A stretch of DNA of 64,000 nt from Mobula hypostoma. Lineage: Eukaryota. A model generated the notes under the pieces. The model worked only from the letters and a program-made list of their open reading frames with translations, ran no database searches and was not told the DNA's origin. Made by a program: the position numbers and the translations under genes. Shown here piece after piece: positions 50,546 to 64,000 of the stretch. Position 1 is the first letter of the stretch; every line of letters begins with the position of its first letter. The stretch covers positions 134,480,001 through 134,544,000 of the forward strand of contig NC_086097.1 in NCBI RefSeq assembly GCF_963921235.1, given 5' to 3'.

Positions 50546-52090
50546 GGTACTTTAGAGATTAACATCCATTGATGAGCTGTTCTGAGGGAGCCAATGATAA
50601 TCTTACATGATAAACAAGAGATCTTTTGTATTATTCTGACCAGCAGTATTGAGGACATGTTCTCATCATTCTTTTCCAGTCCCTCCACAGCCTTGCCTCC
50701 CAGTTTCTGTAATTTCCTCCAGTCTTATAACTTTTCAAGGCAATGGCATGCTTCCAATCTAGATTTAATTGCTTAATCAATTCTATATTTAATTACTTAC
50801 TGCTTATGGTCATGCTTTCAGCTGTCAAGGCCCTAAGCTTTAGAAATTCATTCTTGAATCTCTCCATTTCTCTTCCTCCAATATGTAGTTCAAACCTACC
50901 CACCCCACTCCTGTGGTGTTGTTGGTCACCTGTGGTTATTGAAACATGTGTAGAAATTTTGTTATATTAAAGATGCTCTTTGGATAAACCATTGTTATAC
51001 ATCTTTATACGTTTACCTTAATATTATAACACAGCTGTAAAACAAACTTCATTTTTGCTTCTAATTATGTTAAACCATCTGTCTTTCATGTAATATTATA
51101 CACACAGTGAGGCTGCAAATGTGAACTCAAAAAGATGACTCGCATATATTAGAAAGAGGCTTGGCTAAAACAAAGATTCTTCAAACTATAAAACAAAGAC
51201 ACTTAAAAAGTAATTCAAAGAAAAACTGGTGTATCTTCTTTTTGATAAAAATGTCATTTATGATCTAATTATTTGTTGGAAAGCAATTTTCTTTGTATTA
51301 TGCTTTTGTGCAGCAGGTACGTTGGGGTGATGAATGGTGGTGGAGAGAGCTTTCATGTAACATTTAGTGTCTTTATTTAGTTTGGTGTACAACTAAACAT
51401 GGACACATGTTTGACAATAGTTCATGTAATGTTAAGTTTGAAGCTACTGTGAAGAGCAAATTTTTAAATTCTATACAGATAAGTGTATCCTAGCCAAAGT
51501 TTGAACTCCTTTACAATTTAACTTGCTTGTAATTCCTCGCTATCTATTTCTTCCAAAAGCTACAACACACAATAAAATGCACATAGCTGTACAAGTAAAA
51601 TATTTCCTCATCATTCCACTCACTTATCCTTTTAGTACCAAAAGTAATTCTCATTGGTCCACATATTGCCTAACATACTTTTCAATATCACTTTCCTTTT
51701 CCTGTCTGAGTTGTTTTCTACTATGTCTGATCTTCTGCATTGTTCGATGGTCAACCTTCTCTTATATAGCACTAATCTCAGTTTGACTGAATATATCCCA
51801 TTAGGATATCAAAGCTTGCGCCAGAAAGGGTAAATACCTCCACATGGCTATGTAAATACTTCCCTTGACAACTATATCCATTGACTTAAGCTTTAAATCC
51901 TATAGAACGATATGATTTCTGCATCAACTTACAATAAGCGTGCATAGGCCAAGCAGATGAGAACTGCAACAGCACATTACAGGTGGTTGTACACAAGTCA
52001 AGATTTGCTTACTTTTATACCCAACAATCTTTATAATGTTTGTGTTGAATTTGTTGTCATTAGGCCCAAAGCAAGAGGACTAACTGTTGA

Positions 52091-52248
52091 AGCAGCACTC
52101 ACAACAAGCTGGAGGAACTCAGCAGGTCAGGCAGCATCCGTGGAAATGATCAGTCAACATTTCCACGGATGCTGCCCGACCTGCTGAGTTCCTCCAGCTT
52201 GTCGTGAGTGTTGCTTTGACCCCAGCATCTGCAGAATATTCTGTGTTT
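52091..52248. mobile_element. Fold-back Penelope-like terminal element with 15-bp target duplication
   Basis: ~55-bp near-perfect inverted arms; aggactaactgttga at 52076-52090 and 52249-52263. Confidence 0.88.
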
Positions 52249-52292
52249 AGGACTAACTGTTGATATTGTAACAAATTCAATTGTCTTATAAA

Positions 52293-53805
52293 ATAGACCA
52301 GTTTGATCAAATGGCTGGAGCGGTCACTGAGACATTTAACCTCTCGCTTCAGCATTCTGAGGTAACCACCTGTGTTACACAGGCTTCAATTATGCTAGTG
52401 CCCAAGAATAATCTGATGACCTGCCCCAATGACTATCATCCAGTAGCACTTACATCCACTGTGATAAATTGTTTTGAGTGGTTGGTGATGAAATATACCA
52501 ATTCCTGTCTGAGAAGCAACTTGAATCCGCTTCAGTTTGCCTACTGGCACAAGAGGTCCACAGCAGATGCCATTTCACTGGCTCTTCACTCAATCCTGGG
52601 CAGCAAAGATGCATACATCAGGATGCTCTTTATCGACTACAGCTCGGCATTCAATACCATCAAAGCCTTAAAACTAATCAATAAGCTCCAAGACCTTTAC
52701 CTCAATACTCCCTTGGGCAATTGGATCCTTGATTTCCTCACTTGCAGACTCCAGTCCGTTTGGTTCAGCAACAACATCTCCTCTACAATTTCCATCAGCA
52801 CCTGTCTACCAAAGGCTAGGTGTTTAGCCCCTTGCTCTACTTGCTTTACACTTACAACTGCATGGCTAAGCATAGCCCCAATGCTATATTTATGTTTGCT
52901 GATGACACCACTGTTGTCAGCATCAAAGGTGGTGACGAATCAGCATATGGAGGAAAACTGAAAAATTAGCTAAGTGCTACCACAACAATAGCCTCTTACT
53001 CAAAGTCAGCCAGACTAAGGATATGATTATTGATTACAGGAAGAGGAAGCAGGAGGTCTATTTGCCAATCCTCTTGGGGGGGGGGAATCAGAGGTGGAGG
53101 GGGTCAGTAACTTTAAATTCTTCAGAGTTATCATTTCAGAGGACCTGTCCTGGGCCCAGCATACAAGTGCAATTGTGAAGAAAGTGTCTCTAATTCCTTA
53201 AGAGTATGCAAAGATTCAGCACGGCAACTAAGACTGGCAAACTTCTATAGCTGTGCGGAGCATCACAGCCTGGTATGGAAACACCAATGCCCTTGAACAG
53301 AAAACCCTATAAAAAGTAGTGGATATAGCCCAGTCCATTACGGGTAGAGCCCTCTCCACCATTGAGCTCATCTACACATAGCACTGTCATAGGAAAGCAG
53401 CAGAGCCACAACAAGAGCCTCAGGATTCACCCCACCAGGCTTAGGAACAGTCATTACGCCTCAACCATCAGGCTCTTGAACCAAAGGGGATAACTTCATT
53501 CAGCTACACTTCCCCCATCACTGAACTGTTCCCACAACCTAAGGACTTACTTTCAAGGACACTTCATCTCATGTTCTGGCTATTTACTGCTAATTTATTT
53601 ATTATCGTTATCATTTTTTTCTTCTTTCTTATTCTAGTTGCATAGTTTGTTGTCTTTTGCACACTGGTTGCCCGCTCTGTTGGTGCAGTCTTTCATTGTT
53701 TCTATATGGTTATTGGATTTATTGACTATGCAGACAAAAAATGAATCTCAGGGTTGCATATGGTGATAAACATGTACTTTGATAATAAACTTACTTTGAA
53801 CTTTG
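52293..53805 (+). mobile_element. Rex1/Babar LINE (RT to 3' end), degraded
   Basis: ORF 52281-52961 (NDYHPVALTS, LNPLQFAY, STADAISLALH, LFIDYSSAFNTI, WILDFLT); tail aataaacttactttgaactttg. Confidence 0.93.
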
Positions 53806-54404
53806 TACAATATCAGCAACCTTCAAGGATTTGGAGTTCTGCTCTATTCAGCACAGAAGGTAATGCATCACTGTCTAAATTCTTCCTATTCAATGGTTTG
53901 ATCATCATATTCGTCTTTTTGTTTTTATGTTAATAAGTCTATCTATGTTGATATTTTCTCAATAGTTAATTTAATTTTGGCATTTAATGACATCAGGTCA
54001 TCAATCTAGACAATAAAACAAATACAAGTAATTGCATACTGCTAAAGAAAGTCTTGCCTAATGTTGTGATAAAATGCTGAATATATTTACAAACTCTAAT
54101 GCACAGTTCAACAAGAACAGTGCTATTTCATCAATGATCATTTGCAGCTGAGTACTTTTGAAGTGCTTGTCGCTTTGACTGGGACACTTTTTCATAAAAA
54201 GTTGTTTAAAAAGAAACATTTTACTCAAATTGTCAAAAATTCTTACCGACCTGACCCTTTGCACTCAGGTCATTCAGACAATTTGAGAATCAGGAATACC
54301 AAGCATTGGATGGAAACAACTGAGCTCCAGTTGCTACTATTGTAGGAAGACACTGTATGAAGCAATCTGGCAGGCATTTGCATTACTCTAAGATATTAAC
54401 TTTT

Positions 54405-55432
54405 TTTTATTTATTTATTTCGTGGCATAACATGGAATAGGTCCTTCCAGCCCTTCAAGCCATGCTAACAATGACCTGATCATGGGACAATTTACAATGA
54501 CCAATTAACCTACTAGTTCATCTTTGGACTGTGGGAGGAAACCAGAGCACTCAGGGAAAACCCATGCATTTCATGGGAAGGACAGTCAGACTCCCTACAG
54601 ATGGCGCTGGAACTGAACTCTGAATACCCCAAACTGCAATAGTGTCAGGATATACATGGTAAATAGTAGGGCATTGAAGAATGCTGTAGAACAGAGGGAT
54701 CTAGGAATAATGATGCATAGTTCCCTGAAGGTGGAATCTCATGTGGATAGGGTGGTGAAGAAAGCTTTTGGTATGCTGGCCTTTATTAATCAGAGCATTG
54801 AGTATAGGAGTTGGGATGTAAAGTTGAAATTGTATAGGGCATTAGTAAGGCCAAATTTGGAGTATTGTGTACAGTTCTGGTCACCGAATTATAGGAAAGA
54901 TGTCAATAAAATTGAGAGGGTACAGAGGAGGTTTACTAAAATGTTGCCTGGGTTTCATCTCCTAAGTTACAGAGAAAGGTTGAACAAGTTAGGTCTTTAT
55001 TCTTTGGAGCGTAGAAGGTTGAGAGGGGACTTGATAGAGGTGTTTAAAATTATAAGAGGGATTGATAGAGTTGACGCAGATAGGCTTTTTCCATTGAGAG
55101 TGGGGGAGATTCAAACGAGAGGACATGGGTTGAGAGTTAAAGGGCAAAAGTTTAGGGGTAACATGAGGGGGAACTTTTTTACTCAGAGAGTGGTAGCTGT
55201 GTGGAACGAGCTTCCAGCAGAAGTGGTTGAGGCAGGTTCGATGTTGTCATTTAAAGTTAAATTGGATAGATATATGGACAGAAAGGGAATGGAGGGTTAT
55301 GGGCTGAGTGCAGGTCGGTGGGACTAGGTGAGAGTAGGAGTTTGGCACGGACTAGAAGGGCCGAGATGGCCTGTTTCTGTGCTGTAATAGTTATATGGTT
55401 ATATGGTTAACTGCTGTGCTACCATGGCACAC
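54405..55432 (-). mobile_element. V-SINE split by a young CR1
   Basis: V-domain at 54520-54565; the tRNA-like head resumes at ~55409 (aactgctgtgctaccatggcac). Confidence 0.78.
54648..55409 (+). mobile_element. Young 5'-truncated CR1 LINE with uninterrupted ORF2 C-terminus
   Basis: ORF 54656-55327 (223 aa: RDLGI, LYRALVRPNLEYCVQFWSP, LERRRLRGDLIEVFK, FFTQRVVAVWNELP); tail (gttatatg)n. Confidence 0.96.
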
Positions 55433-57129
55433 CACATCACCCAGAATCAGGGAGCAGGGCCAAGAAAGCAACACTACAGTGTTTCATAGCTTTAGCTTCT
55501 GAAGACAAAAGCAGAAACTCTCTTTTAAGAGGTTTGAGAGCATGATTTGGCCTATTTTGTCCCATTTTGATCAAACTTGCTACCTATCCAAGAATATGGA
55601 TAACATAGCTGGTCTTAGAATACACCTGATCAAATAATCATCTCAGTACACTCAAATATGTCTTAACATTTGTCCCTTGCAGCTTATCACTTCTATATTT
55701 ATCCTGAAACTATCACTTTCCGACAAATCAAGGCTATGAGCTGATGGTAAATTTTTGGAACATTTTAATGAATTATGCCCTTAATTCCACTTACTCTTCT
55801 GAAGCATAGATCTTCTGTGGAATATGATAAATAACCTAAGGTACACAGGTAAAATCTTACCAACCTCCAAGAAATAGATGAGATAATCACTGAGAAAGTA
55901 AAGGACTGAACATGGTCTTGATTATCCCACACAGTTTAGCAAATGTTTCAATAATAATCTTGTATAATGTTACAGGCCATTCAACTGCAGTAAAGTGGAA
56001 TTTCAAGGACATCATTCCAGCCACCTAAACAGGATCGCAGTAATAATACTAAACATATTTTGGAAAATGGTGAAGTATCTAAAAAGAAAATCAAGATCAG
56101 AAACTAGTTAATATACTGAAGTGCAAAAAATGAAAGTGATTAGACTAATAAATAAAAAGAGTAATGTAACATAGAGAGATGAGAAATAAAGATCATTCAG
56201 TTAAAACAAAAATGGAGTACAGGGTGTGATGATGGTGCTGGACAAAATCAGGCAGGAGGAGTCCCAACAGAGTTAGACTGATACCTTGTTCCTTTGCTAT
56301 AATCTGTAGAAAGAACAATTAAATGAAAATTAAGAAGTTGAGTGCATAAAACTCCATTCCAAGTCAGCTTGAGATTCAGTTTCCTAAGTCACAGGTACAT
56401 CATATTTTTTAGTGATGGAATAAATTAAGCTAAGCGCATTACATTTTGTTCAATCATTTATAATACATCATGTAGTAAACAGGGATATCTCTCTTCATAT
56501 TCCTCTTACCATTCTTTATGCTAAGGAGAAAGGACATGAAGTAATTAGGAATACGTTGTGGGACAACGATACCTGAATGGGCTCAAGTTGCAACACATGC
56601 CTCAAGGCTGGGCTTATCAATCTTACTCATTCTTTATGGTGTGTTAATATTTTTACAAAAATAGCATGCTTCTGGATAGCAAACATCTGTGACTATATAC
56701 TGCAGTGCAAACTGCTGGGATATGATCAACATGGCACATTGAAATGATACAGACATAGCAGAAGAATCTAAATGCAGTGAATGGATGATTGAACTCCACT
56801 TCCAAAATTTGGTTCTCCTGACAACAAATGCATGGTTTACTATATCGTGTGCTTTGTGCATGTGCTTTAGACAAACTTCTACCTCTCTTTTACTGGAAGT
56901 AACTGACTACATATACATGCTGTATTGCATTTAAAACATTTTGAGACATTCTGAATGATAGAAATAAAAGTAATTCCGACAAAGCTGAGAAATGAAGAGT
57001 TTTATAATCAAATAGCAACAGAAACCTTAAAGCGTTATAGAAAATAGCCATTGTGATTTTATCAGTTTAAAATAGGACTTTGAGGAATCTTTCACCAGAA
57101 TTTTTCAAGTCACTATCTGGATTTGAAAA

Positions 57130-57690
57130 AGCTTCAGTCTTTGAGGTATTGAGTTCAAGAGACAGGAAATTAGATTGCAACTTTATAAAACTCTGGATAT
57201 ACCGCATCAGTATTACAATCAATTCTGGTTGTACCATTTATAGGAAGGATGTGAAGGCTGCTGAAGGGATACAGTTGAGGTTTACCAGGATGCTGCCTGG
57301 AAAGGAGGTGCAACATAGAGTGGTTGTACAAACTTGGGTTGTTTTCTCTAGAGTTACAATAGCTGAGGGCTGACCCGATAGAAGTTTGTAAAATTATGAA
57401 AGGCATAGACAGAGTTGACAGCCACCATCTTACCCCACAGTCAAATACTTGAGGGCATGCATTTAAGGTGAAGGAAGGCAAATTCAAAAGAGCTGTGCAT
57501 AGCAAGTTATTTTTTTACCCACAGATGTGATACTGGAGGCAAGCATGATAGAGGCATTTCACATGAACATGTAGAGAATGGATGGATATGGACCTTGTGT
57601 AGGCAGACTGATTATTTTAGTTGTGCAATTGGTTACTAGTTTAATTATGTTGGCACAACATCATGCACCAATGGGTCTTCTGTTCTATGC
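57130..57690 (+). mobile_element. Degraded CR1 3' region
   Basis: YRKDVKAAEGIQLRFTRMLPG and a CR1-type tail. Confidence 0.82.
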
Positions 57691-58829
57691 TTTATAAACT
57701 ATACATTTTTTTTTACATAAGGTCACCAACCTGAAAAGCTGATTCTAGCTTTCTCTCTCCACAGATGCTGCCTAGCCCTCTAAGTATTTGCAGTATTTGC
57801 ATTTTTATTTCAGACTACTGGCATCCATTGCTTTTGCTTTGTTGCAAGTTAGCAGTCACTTGCAATTTCTAGCTCTTGAGCAAAACAAAATGCAGACTAC
57901 ATTATCGAATAAAAAAATTGCAGATATCCCATGTATACTGTAGACGACTGACAAAGATGAAGAAAGCTGCTCATATTTTTCAAAGAATGAAATTGTCAGA
58001 TCTGCTGTTGACAATTTAGCAAACCTCATCAATTCTGTGATGGCTCTGAGAAATTTACTGTGAAATCTGTTGTCCCTGGAAGCATTTTATGATCCTTAAC
58101 AGCTGCAGGAAGCCACTCAAAGCAACCTATATGCAAATGATAATCTCACACCACACACAAAAAAATGAACCACATGAAACAAATTATTCTTTATGTAAAT
58201 AATGTGTCGCAATTAGATACCTGATTTTTCCCCTCCTTCAGGGAAGCGGAAGTTTTGCATTTCATTAAAGATTGCTTCTAAGAATCCCAAATGTAAAACC
58301 CCAATTTAACAACAGACTTTGGCTGTTGCAATTTAAAAGTACTTACCAAGGTTTTCAAATCTACTAAGCTAAAGATATTAACATAAAAGAAAAACATACA
58401 TCATAATTGTTGATGGGTGTTAAATATTAACGTGAAATTGTGAAAGCAGTTGGCAAAATTGTTACAGAAGTCTCCCTTAGTGTCTCTTTCAGTTAACAGA
58501 TTCTGAACATCTATTAATTAATTATCAGTGGCTGTTTTATAACATCTGTATATAGTCACCTCTAGCAGGTGCCTCCCAGCTCTGCAGCTGTGCACGTCAG
58601 TCAGAGAAGGAGCATGTTTGAAGTAATAGTTTGCTTACTCTAAAAATGACACAAATCAGCAGCATCAACCATTTTCCCTTTTACAAAGGAAAGCTGAAAC
58701 CTTTTCAGAATAGAAAGTAGACATTTTGGCATGACTACTACAAAAGCAATTTGCATTGATATACCATTGCAAAATATCCCAAGACACTGCAGTGCTCTCA
58801 GCCAGCATCTGACTTCGAGCTACATTAGG

Positions 58830-59400
58830 AACTATTAGGATCAAGATGTTCCTTTAACTAAGCAACTGTGCTCAAAGGAGCTTTTTGAAAACGGACAGAG
58901 GCAAGCATTCAAGCCATTTCCTGAGCTTAGGACCTGGGTAGGTGAAAGCACATCCATCAATGGTAAAACAAAAAATCTGGCAGAGCACTGGTAGCCACTA
59001 TTGTTGGAGCTCAGAGTTCAGAGGTTTGTTGGACTGGATGAGGATATGGAGCTGGAGAGACAGAGGACAAAAAATCGAGTTAGTTCAATGATGATGCCGA
59101 TCGGACGAGACGTGATTAGGTTATGGCCAGCAGAGTTTTAGTTGAGTTGGATTATCACAGGAAGCCAGCCATGGGAACATTGATGAGTTTTCAAGCAACA
59201 AAAGTGTAAACAAGTGTTTCAACCACTGAAGGACTGAGAAAGAATGGAAGTGATAATTTTACATAGCTTCAAATATTTAGAAATATTAAGAGACAAAAGA
59301 AGTAATTAAAACAGTCTGGTTCAAGTACAATATCAAGGGTGTGAGCTGCCTCTCTTAGTCCGAGACAATGGTCAGGTCAGTGTCAGTGAGGTACTCCTTT
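58830..59400 (-). mobile_element. Ancient L2 remnant
   Basis: catttcctgagcttaggacctgggtaggtgaaagcaca...ggccagcagagttttagttgagttg resembles other minus-strand L2 copies (29835-30000, 31285-31610, 42110-42460). Confidence 0.45.
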
Positions 59401-61559
59401 TTGAAGGCACTGCATAATTATGCAACAAACATAAAAAGTAAAATGACACTTCAGGAACACTCATTTTCAGATAGCTGGTAATAAGCGTCGGCAAGAGTCC
59501 ATTTCAAACCAACCTGCAGGGTGAAACTAACTTGAATTGGAAAACCTGAGTTATTTTGAAAAACCAGCTCTAATCATGTGAACCTGAATACAGAATCATT
59601 ACATCCATAGAAATCCTACATCAAATCCAAGCACCAAAAGCTTGAGACCAGAACTGATATAGATCAATCCATGAATGAATGAATCAGAGCTTCTGATGAA
59701 GATTGCAAGTTGCTTGTCCAATAATGTCCTGAAAAAAAAATACACTACTCTCTACATGGTATGTGCAATATAATGTTGAAATCAAAGGTTTAGAAATTAC
59801 TGTTTGGAAAACCAAAACTATCAGTGATGAGAAGCATCCTGTCTCTATTAATTTACTTGTGGCAATAGGCCTAATTTCAACCCTTGTTGTCTATTTATGG
59901 CAGGTAAAGGAATATTGATTGTGGTCGGTTATACCAGGCCTTTGTGCTATTCCAAGGTTAACAGTAAGTCATTGAAATCAAACTGTTAAATAATACCTTT
60001 AACAGATGGCTGTACAGTGTATAAACATCCAGTCTTTACAAGCACTGCAAATTAACTGGCACATATCACCAGTTTGTGAACAAAAGCTACCCCTAAAGCC
60101 GAAGAGAAGGAACAGGATCAGCTGTTGTGCTTTGGAGGTAGCTGGAATTTTTTAAAATGTAGATTCACCTGGGGACAACAGTAAATAAGCCAAAAGATAG
60201 AGCAAGATAAGTAACTCCAAAAGTAACTTCAACATAAATGAGTAAATTAATGGCATCTTTAAGACAGGCAGAAGTTACAGCATGTACTGTCTATGTACTT
60301 ATTTTCCAACAAACAAATTATTTGTAGATTTCCCTTCTGAAGCCTTTGCTTTCAGAGAATGAAGAGAAATGTAACTACAGCTTGATGCAAGAGTAACCAA
60401 CTCTTAACTATCTGGTACAGTAAATAATAGTTGAATGCCTATTGATCCATGGGTCGTTTTATCATGATGAAAGATTTCACAAAGCAGCAAACTCTGGATC
60501 AAAAGGAACTGAGTGGATAACTTGTGATATTAAATATGAAGAGAGTATGTTATATAAAACTCATGTTCTTCATTCATGACATCATCTATTTCAGTGCTGC
60601 CTTCTCAGAACCAGTCACTGACTCCTTAATTATTGCCTTGGCTTGTTTTGGTTTACTCTAATTTCTCACACTTGTTCATCCACTATCTGTTGCAAATTGA
60701 TTCTTTGTTCTTGGTACCCAGCTTTGTCATGTGCTCATGATATCTCTGTAAAAAGTCAATAAGGCTTTCTACCTAAAATCACCAAGTTCTGGGCCCTAAA
60801 CTCTTACTGGTTGAAAGAAAATTATTTGTCAACTCCTCTCTTACTCTTCCAACAATGGCCCTTCATTATTTCTCTCTGATAAGAGAAATAGGTCATTCCC
60901 ATCCATTTGCTCTACACTTCTGTAGATTTGTTTAAAATGCTGTATAGAATTCTTTCTCAGTTTTCTCTGTTCCAGAGAAAAAGAACAGCCTAACCTCTTT
61001 TTCTCTGGCTCTTCTCAATTTTCCTCATAATTTCTTTGCTGTATCAAAATCCTTCCCTTATATCTGCCTTCAGCATTACTCTCAGAACTTGTTGATTTTT
61101 TCCTTATCCAATTAAACTTGGTGTTCACTGCTTTGCTTCCCTTCATGCGAAGCACTTAGACATTTGCTGGCACAAGGGAATCATTATTGAAATGAATGTT
61201 TACTGCTGAACATTTAATGGATTAGCATGACATTCCTATCTCTGGTGCTGTAGCAGACGTGTTGGCTCATTTAAAATAAATAGGATAATGCCTGTATTAA
61301 ACCAGCAGACAAATATCACTCAAATATGATAAGCATTCATCTGCCCACATCAACTAAAGTAACTTCTAGGCTGAGAGATGAATTGTGGAAAAGAACCAAC
61401 TATCTTGAAACAGAATCAAGGAAGGAATATTAACATATTGCTATAATACACATACTTCAACATTAGATTTCTGTCTAACTCAGTGGGACATATTCCATTC
61501 TGAACAATGTCATGCCTACTATAAAATAATTAGCTATCTGTTTCCATTCTCCATCCAGT

Positions 61560-61925
61560 TACCCATCACACTAGGTTCCCCACTGACTTTCCCCACTATT
61601 TACCCCTTCCACACCTATTTGATTCCATCCTCCACCCTTCCTTCCCTTCTCAGCAGTTTCAAATACCTTCAGCCCTACGTTGCCTCCACCTAACACTTTC
61701 AGTCTCCCCTCCATCTGCCTATCACCCCTCCTCACCTAGATCCATCAATCATCTGCCAATTCCTGCCCCACCCAGTCTCCTCACCTCTTTAATATGAGCT
61801 ATCTCCCCTCTTTCTATCAGTCCAAATGAAGGATCTCAATCGAAAATGTCCATTTCCCTCCAAAGATGTTGCTTGACCCAGAGAGTTCCTCCAGCATTTT
61901 GTTGTTGCTTTGCATATCTCATATG
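61560..61925 (+). mobile_element. Penelope-like 3' UTR/pseudo-LTR, degraded
   Basis: Pyrimidine-rich UTR, then atcagtccaaatgaaggatctcaatcgaaa...gagttcctccagcattttgt. Confidence 0.7.
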
Positions 61926-62644
61926 TCTCCTGGTGTTTAAATACAGTCTACTCTGAAATCGTGATATTATGCACAAGATCTGAGAATTCTCAATCTCACG
62001 ACCCTCCTAACACATTAAATCCTGCACACACAAGATGAATGTCCATCCCAGCACTGGATCTTCGGTATCACACAATACAATACACTATCAACACCAAGAA
62101 AGATTTAACTGACTTGGATGACAAGAGATGCTGAGAGAACCTTATTAATTCAATTCCATTAGGAAAAGAGACACAATGGAAAAACTTCAATATCAAACAA
62201 AATAGAGGATAAAACATCAGCACCAAAACCACCAGTAAGGCCATCTGATTAGAAATGTCTTCAAGGAAGAAAATAACTGTCAGACTTCTGTTCCATTTTT
62301 AATATACATTTAGCAATTCACATTTTAGTAGCATATTTAATATAAAACAGTCTAAGTGCTTTACAGTGGTGTTATCTAACAAAAAATTGACACCATTAGG
62401 AGAAATGATCAATGCTTTGAGAACAAAAAATAGAGACACAGAAAATGCAAATGAAAATTTAAAAAAGAACAAACTGCTGAAGGAACACAGTAGGTCAAGA
62501 AACACCTGTGGAGTTAAAGGTATTGTAGGGTCTCAACCCAAAATGCCAACAATCTCTTCCACAGATGCTACTTGACCCACAGCACTGGGGATAATAGAAT
62601 AGAGATGCAATAGAATAAATGCAAAAGAATTGAGATAAATGTCT

Positions 62645-62950
62645 AATACCAGAGGGCATGGCATTTAAGGCAAGAGAGAAGAAAGTCCAAAGCTTTCTTG
62701 CAGCACAAGCTTTTTTGTTTTACACAGAGTGGAGGGTGCCTGGAATATCCTGCTGGGCAGGTAGTGGAGGCAGGGACAATGGAGAACTTTAAAAAGCACT
62801 TAGGTACGCACATGACTATGCAGAGAATAGAGGGGATATGGACCATGTGCAGGCAAAAGGCATTAGTTTAATTATGTGTCATTAGCTTAATTAGTTCCAT
62901 ACAACATGGTGGACTTAAGGGCCTGTTCTTGTGCTGTACTGTTCTATGTT
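62645..62950 (+). mobile_element. CR1 3' end
   Basis: agagggcatggcatttaagg...tttacacagagtggagggtgcctggaat...gggcctgttcttgtgctgtactgttctatg. Confidence 0.8.
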
Positions 62951-63249
62951 TAGGGAAGGAAAATGTAGAGAAGAAAAATACTGAAATGAAAGCACACACA
63001 ATCATATGAACTAATTCCAATGCCATGTACTGGTTATTACACTTGGCACCACTAACATGCAAGACCACTGAGGATATTTGTCTATAGATTCTCTTTCCAC
63101 TATTCTTGATTTCTAAGCATACATTACCTACTGAGTTAATCTCAGGTAGTCTGTGGCTGAATTATCACTGCTAACTTTGGCTGCAAATGTAGCCTGGATT
63201 CTAGGTAGGTGTAGCTGCTCTTAAACTCCTGGGTCACTTAGAGGTTCAC

Positions 63250-63772
63250 AAGTTGACCCAGGTCACAAGCAGCATTTATCTAAAGGAAATTAGATATTTG
63301 CTAGAAGTAGTACAGTGAAGGTTAACCTGTCTGCTTCCTAAAATAGCCTGTTTGTTGTAACACAAGATTTAGTGGATTAGACTGCTATTCCTCAGTGTTT
63401 AGAAAAAATAAGAGGTGACCACATTGAAGCACAGAAAACTCTTAGCGAGCTGGTTTAAAATATAGGGAGGATGATTTCCCCAGCTGAAAATCTAGAATCA
63501 GAGATCACAATTTTATAGTAAGAGCTCAGCAATGTGGTACAGAAATGTGAAATAGCTTCACTCAAAGCATGGCAAATATTTTGAATTTTTTTCCCTAGAA
63601 AGTCACAGAGGTTCATTCCTTCATTGCTTTTAAAACATCATATAGCGTCTAAATATTGGAGATATCAAAAAATATGAAGATATGAAGTAGAAGATCAGAA
63701 ATGTTCTTGCAGGATGGTGGAGTAGGTTGTAGAGGGTGAGCAGATTCCTGCTGCTCCTGCTTATTATGTCCT
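63250..63772 (+). mobile_element. Degraded CR1 3' region
   Basis: agaggtgaccacattgaagc...cttcactcaaagcatggcaaatattttgaat...ctgctcctgcttattatgtcctta. Confidence 0.65.
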
Positions 63773-63834
63773 TACAGAAATGGTAAGACATTCAAGTTCC
63801 GCTTGTCATCTTTTTCTTAAGAAAGGACTATGTA

Positions 63835-64000
63835 CAGTGGTATGCAAAAGTTTGGGCACCCCTGGTCAAAATTTCTGTTACTGTAAATAGTTAAGTGAGT
63901 AGAAGATGAACAAATTCCCAAAAGTCATAAAGTTAAAGACAAAACATTCTTTTCAACATTTTAAGCAAGTGTATTATTCTTGTTTTGTACAACTTCAGAG
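63835..64000. mobile_element. Tc1-like transposon terminal inverted repeat (runs off the window end)
   Basis: TA-CAGTGGTATGCAAAAGTTTGGGCACCCC, a typical Tc1 terminus. Confidence 0.8.

Noticed and set aside
54656..55327. 223-aa ORF as a host gene
   Set aside because: It is the C-terminal part of CR1 ORF2, followed directly by the CR1 3' UTR and tail.

Overview
Eukaryotic, AT-rich, repeat-dense intronic DNA. The repeat content (CR1, Rex1/Babar, L2, V-SINE, Deu-domain SINE, Penelope-like elements) points to a cartilaginous fish, probably a ray or skate (inference). The only host coding sequence I can support is one 75-nt minus-strand exon (47817-47891) encoding WAFVMKKHLSTHLLGKHGIGTPKE(R), which I recognise as a C2H2 zinc-finger exon of ZNF407. 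The rest of the window therefore looks like two very large ZNF407 introns. Nearly all other ORFs are retroelement fragments or chance ORFs. Most noteworthy: (1) minimal hammerhead-ribozyme motifs in Penelope-like element termini, including fold-back copies with long target duplications; (2) an R4/Dong-type retrotransposon inserted at a (TAA)n tract; (3) a tail-to-tail L2 hairpin with miR-28/151-like architecture; (4) multi-layer nested insertions with readable TSDs; (5) several repeat-free blocks rich in Hox/Pbx/Meis motifs that are candidate conserved enhancers. Family names come from recalled motifs, not database searches. Boundaries of degraded repeats are approximate. I found no clear evidence of a wholly new biological system.
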